Positions 62,165-64,000 of a DNA stretch of 64,000 nucleotides are shown one piece after another (the first letter of the stretch is position 1; every line of letters begins with the position of its first letter). The DNA is taken from NCBI RefSeq assembly GCF_001447785.1, contig NW_015163604.1:2422328-2486327 (forward strand), written 5' to 3'. Origin of the DNA: Gekko japonicus. Taxonomy: Eukaryota. The notes beneath the pieces were generated by a model that ran no database searches, was not told where the DNA came from, and saw nothing but the letters and a program-made list of their open reading frames with translations. Both the position numbers and the translations under genes were made by a program.

Positions 62165-62842
62165 GGTGTATCCTGGGATGAGCACTTTGACAGTCTGGTA
62201 GGTAACAATGCCTAGAGCAGACCCAGGATGGGCTGACCCATTGCTACAGACGATGTGGTAGGGGTATCCTGGCAGGGGTCTGCTAAGGATAGTCACAGCA
62301 GAATCAAAAATATTTGGGGGAGGGCATATAACTTTTTGCAAAGGTGACTTCTCAGGCTTTCCAAAACTGTACCTGCTACTGCTTTGTCTTTCCTTTACGC
62401 TTTCTTGAATTCTATTAAAAGACAAACAAATTTTCCCATCATTAGGCACCTTGCTGACACCACCTGCCACTCTTGTCACTCGAAGCTACAGACAGATACC
62501 ATAGTGCTTCAGTTGACAAATTTAGACAGAAAATAGGAAGAAAAGTAGCAAGAGCACCTGTTCTTACAAGGGCAATAATGGGATTATCATTACTCCAAAT
62601 GCACACTGCAGAGAACGGAGTGAACCCCCCCCCCTAATAATGCAAGTCAAAATCATTGCCCTCACTGCCAAATTTTATCCTACTTATCTTTCTGAAAGCT
62701 TAACACTGGCTTACATGAATGCACAAATGCTTGCATATTAACTGCTTTGCCTTTCAAGCATAAAGGGTCTTGACCTTCCCAAAATATCTCAAAACGATTT
62801 CAACCCATTCAGGAGACATTTCAGGACAAATGGGGATATATT

Positions 62843-63082
62843 GGCTTTTAAAGGGGATTAGACAGATCCATGGCAGATAGACCTATCTGTGGCTACAGGC
62901 CATGGTGACTGAGGGGAAGAGCCACATTCAGAGGCAGTAAATCTCTGCCTATTGGTGCCAGGAGGCAACATCAAAGGAAGGCCTTGGCCTTTGTGCCCTG
63001 TTGTCAGCCCTCCAGGGCAACTGGTTGCCTGCTCTGTGAAATGGGCTGCTGGACTAGATGGACCACTGGTTTTATCCAGCAG
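62843..63082 (+). mobile_element. CR1 3'UTR fragment
   Basis: Matches 20915-21135. Confidence 0.8.
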
Positions 63083-63164
63083 CGCTATCGCATGTTAGCC
63101 TTGGGGAGGTCTGCTGCACAAACAAAAGTGCCCAAAGTCTATCTGGGTGGGCATATAAACTGCA

Positions 63165-63389
63165 TTTATTTATTAAATGTATTTATTCTTTTAGTATATT
63201 TTAAACCCACTCTTCCCTCCTGGGAGCTCAGGGTGGCCTACCTTATTCTGCCCTTCTCCATTTTACCCTCACAGCAACCCTGTGGGGTAGGCTGACAGAG
63301 ACTGACAGGCACAGGAACATTTAGTAAGCTTCATGGCACAGTGGATATTTGAATCCCAGGCTTCTAGATCATAGTCCAAGCCTTGAACC
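63165..63389 (-). mobile_element. Old MIR/Ther1-like SINE
   Basis: CATTTTACCCTCACAGCAACCCTGTG core; T-rich tail. Confidence 0.65.
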
Positions 63390-63640
63390 CAGGGGTCATT
63401 TCGTAGAAAAAGAGCTGCAGGAGCTCATTAGCATAACTTATTAGCATATGCCACACCCCCTGACATCACCGGACGTGTGCACCAGCCCCTCTGACAGGCA
63501 GAAGCACCTGGGATCCATTCTTCCCCCCCTCTCCCTTCCCTTCACCTCCAAGTCAGGCGAAGGAAAAGGGGAGGGGGAGGATCTTGGGCGCTTCTGCCTG
63601 ACAGAAGTGCTGGCATGCCCACAGCCAGCCTGGGTGAATT
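63390..63640 (+). mobile_element. hAT MITE (57512 type), truncated
   Basis: CAGGGGTCATTTCGTAGAAAAAGAGC..CTCATTAGCATA..GCCACACCCC. Confidence 0.75.
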
Positions 63641-63644
63641 ATAA

Positions 63645-63950
63645 AATCATAGACATAGAGTGGGAAGGGATCTCCAGGGTCATCTAGTCCAACCCCCTGT
63701 GCAATGCAGGAAATTCACCAATACCCCCCCCACACCCCAGTGACCGCTGTTCCACACCCAGAATATAATTTTAAAAACCTCCAGGATCACTGGGGTCAAA
63801 ACTGGCCTGGAGAAAAATTGCTTCCTGGCCCCAAAGTGGTGATCAGCATTTCCCTGGGCGTGTAAGAAAGGGCCACAAGAACTAAGCACTGATGCAACCC
63901 TTCCTGCTCTACCTCTCGTGATTTGCCTAAGTTCACACAATCAGCATTAT
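63645..63950 (-). mobile_element. CR1-type 3' end
   Basis: ATCATAGACATAGAGTGGGAAGGGATCTCCAGGGTCATCTAGTCCAACCC terminus. Confidence 0.7.
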
Positions 63951-64000
63951 GATCCTTTTAAAGTTGAAAGCATGATATAAATGAAAAGGACTATTTGTAA

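Noticed and set aside
1-64000. ORF-track entries as host protein-coding genes, or any prokaryote-style operon or defence system
   Set aside because: ORFs are short, overlapping, often start at non-ATG codons and map to repeats or lack recognisable domains; the DNA is vertebrate and repeat-rich.

Overview
This is eukaryotic, repeat-rich, mostly non-coding DNA from a squamate reptile, most likely a gecko. The assignment rests on Sauria SINEs with ACCTTT tails, Ther1/MIR-derived Squam3-like SINEs, BovB, CR1, L2, L1, Penelope remnants, and many hAT and PIF/Harbinger MITEs. No intact protein-coding gene can be supported; the ORF track is transposon fragments or chance ORFs. The best host-gene signal is on the minus strand at about 35.1-35.5 kb: a CCAAT/CRE/TATA cassette, a perfect CAG|GTGAGT donor and a possible 18-nt UGC-preceded microexon. 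Other highlights: (i) a minimal type I hammerhead ribozyme core in a Penelope terminus (7647-7684); (ii) a hAT MITE family built from tandem octamer-like plus KLF/CACCC motifs; (iii) a TSD-flanked three-part chimeric LINE insertion inside a CR1 that also holds a MITE nested in a MITE; (iv) several locally templated inverted or tandem insertions, including a long hairpin beside the candidate exon; (v) 5S rRNA-headed, RTE-tailed SINEs, a possible ORF1-only retroelement and a DINE-1/HINE-like repeat. I found no clearly novel multi-gene system. All family names come from motif recognition by eye, not database searches, and boundaries without TSDs are approximate.
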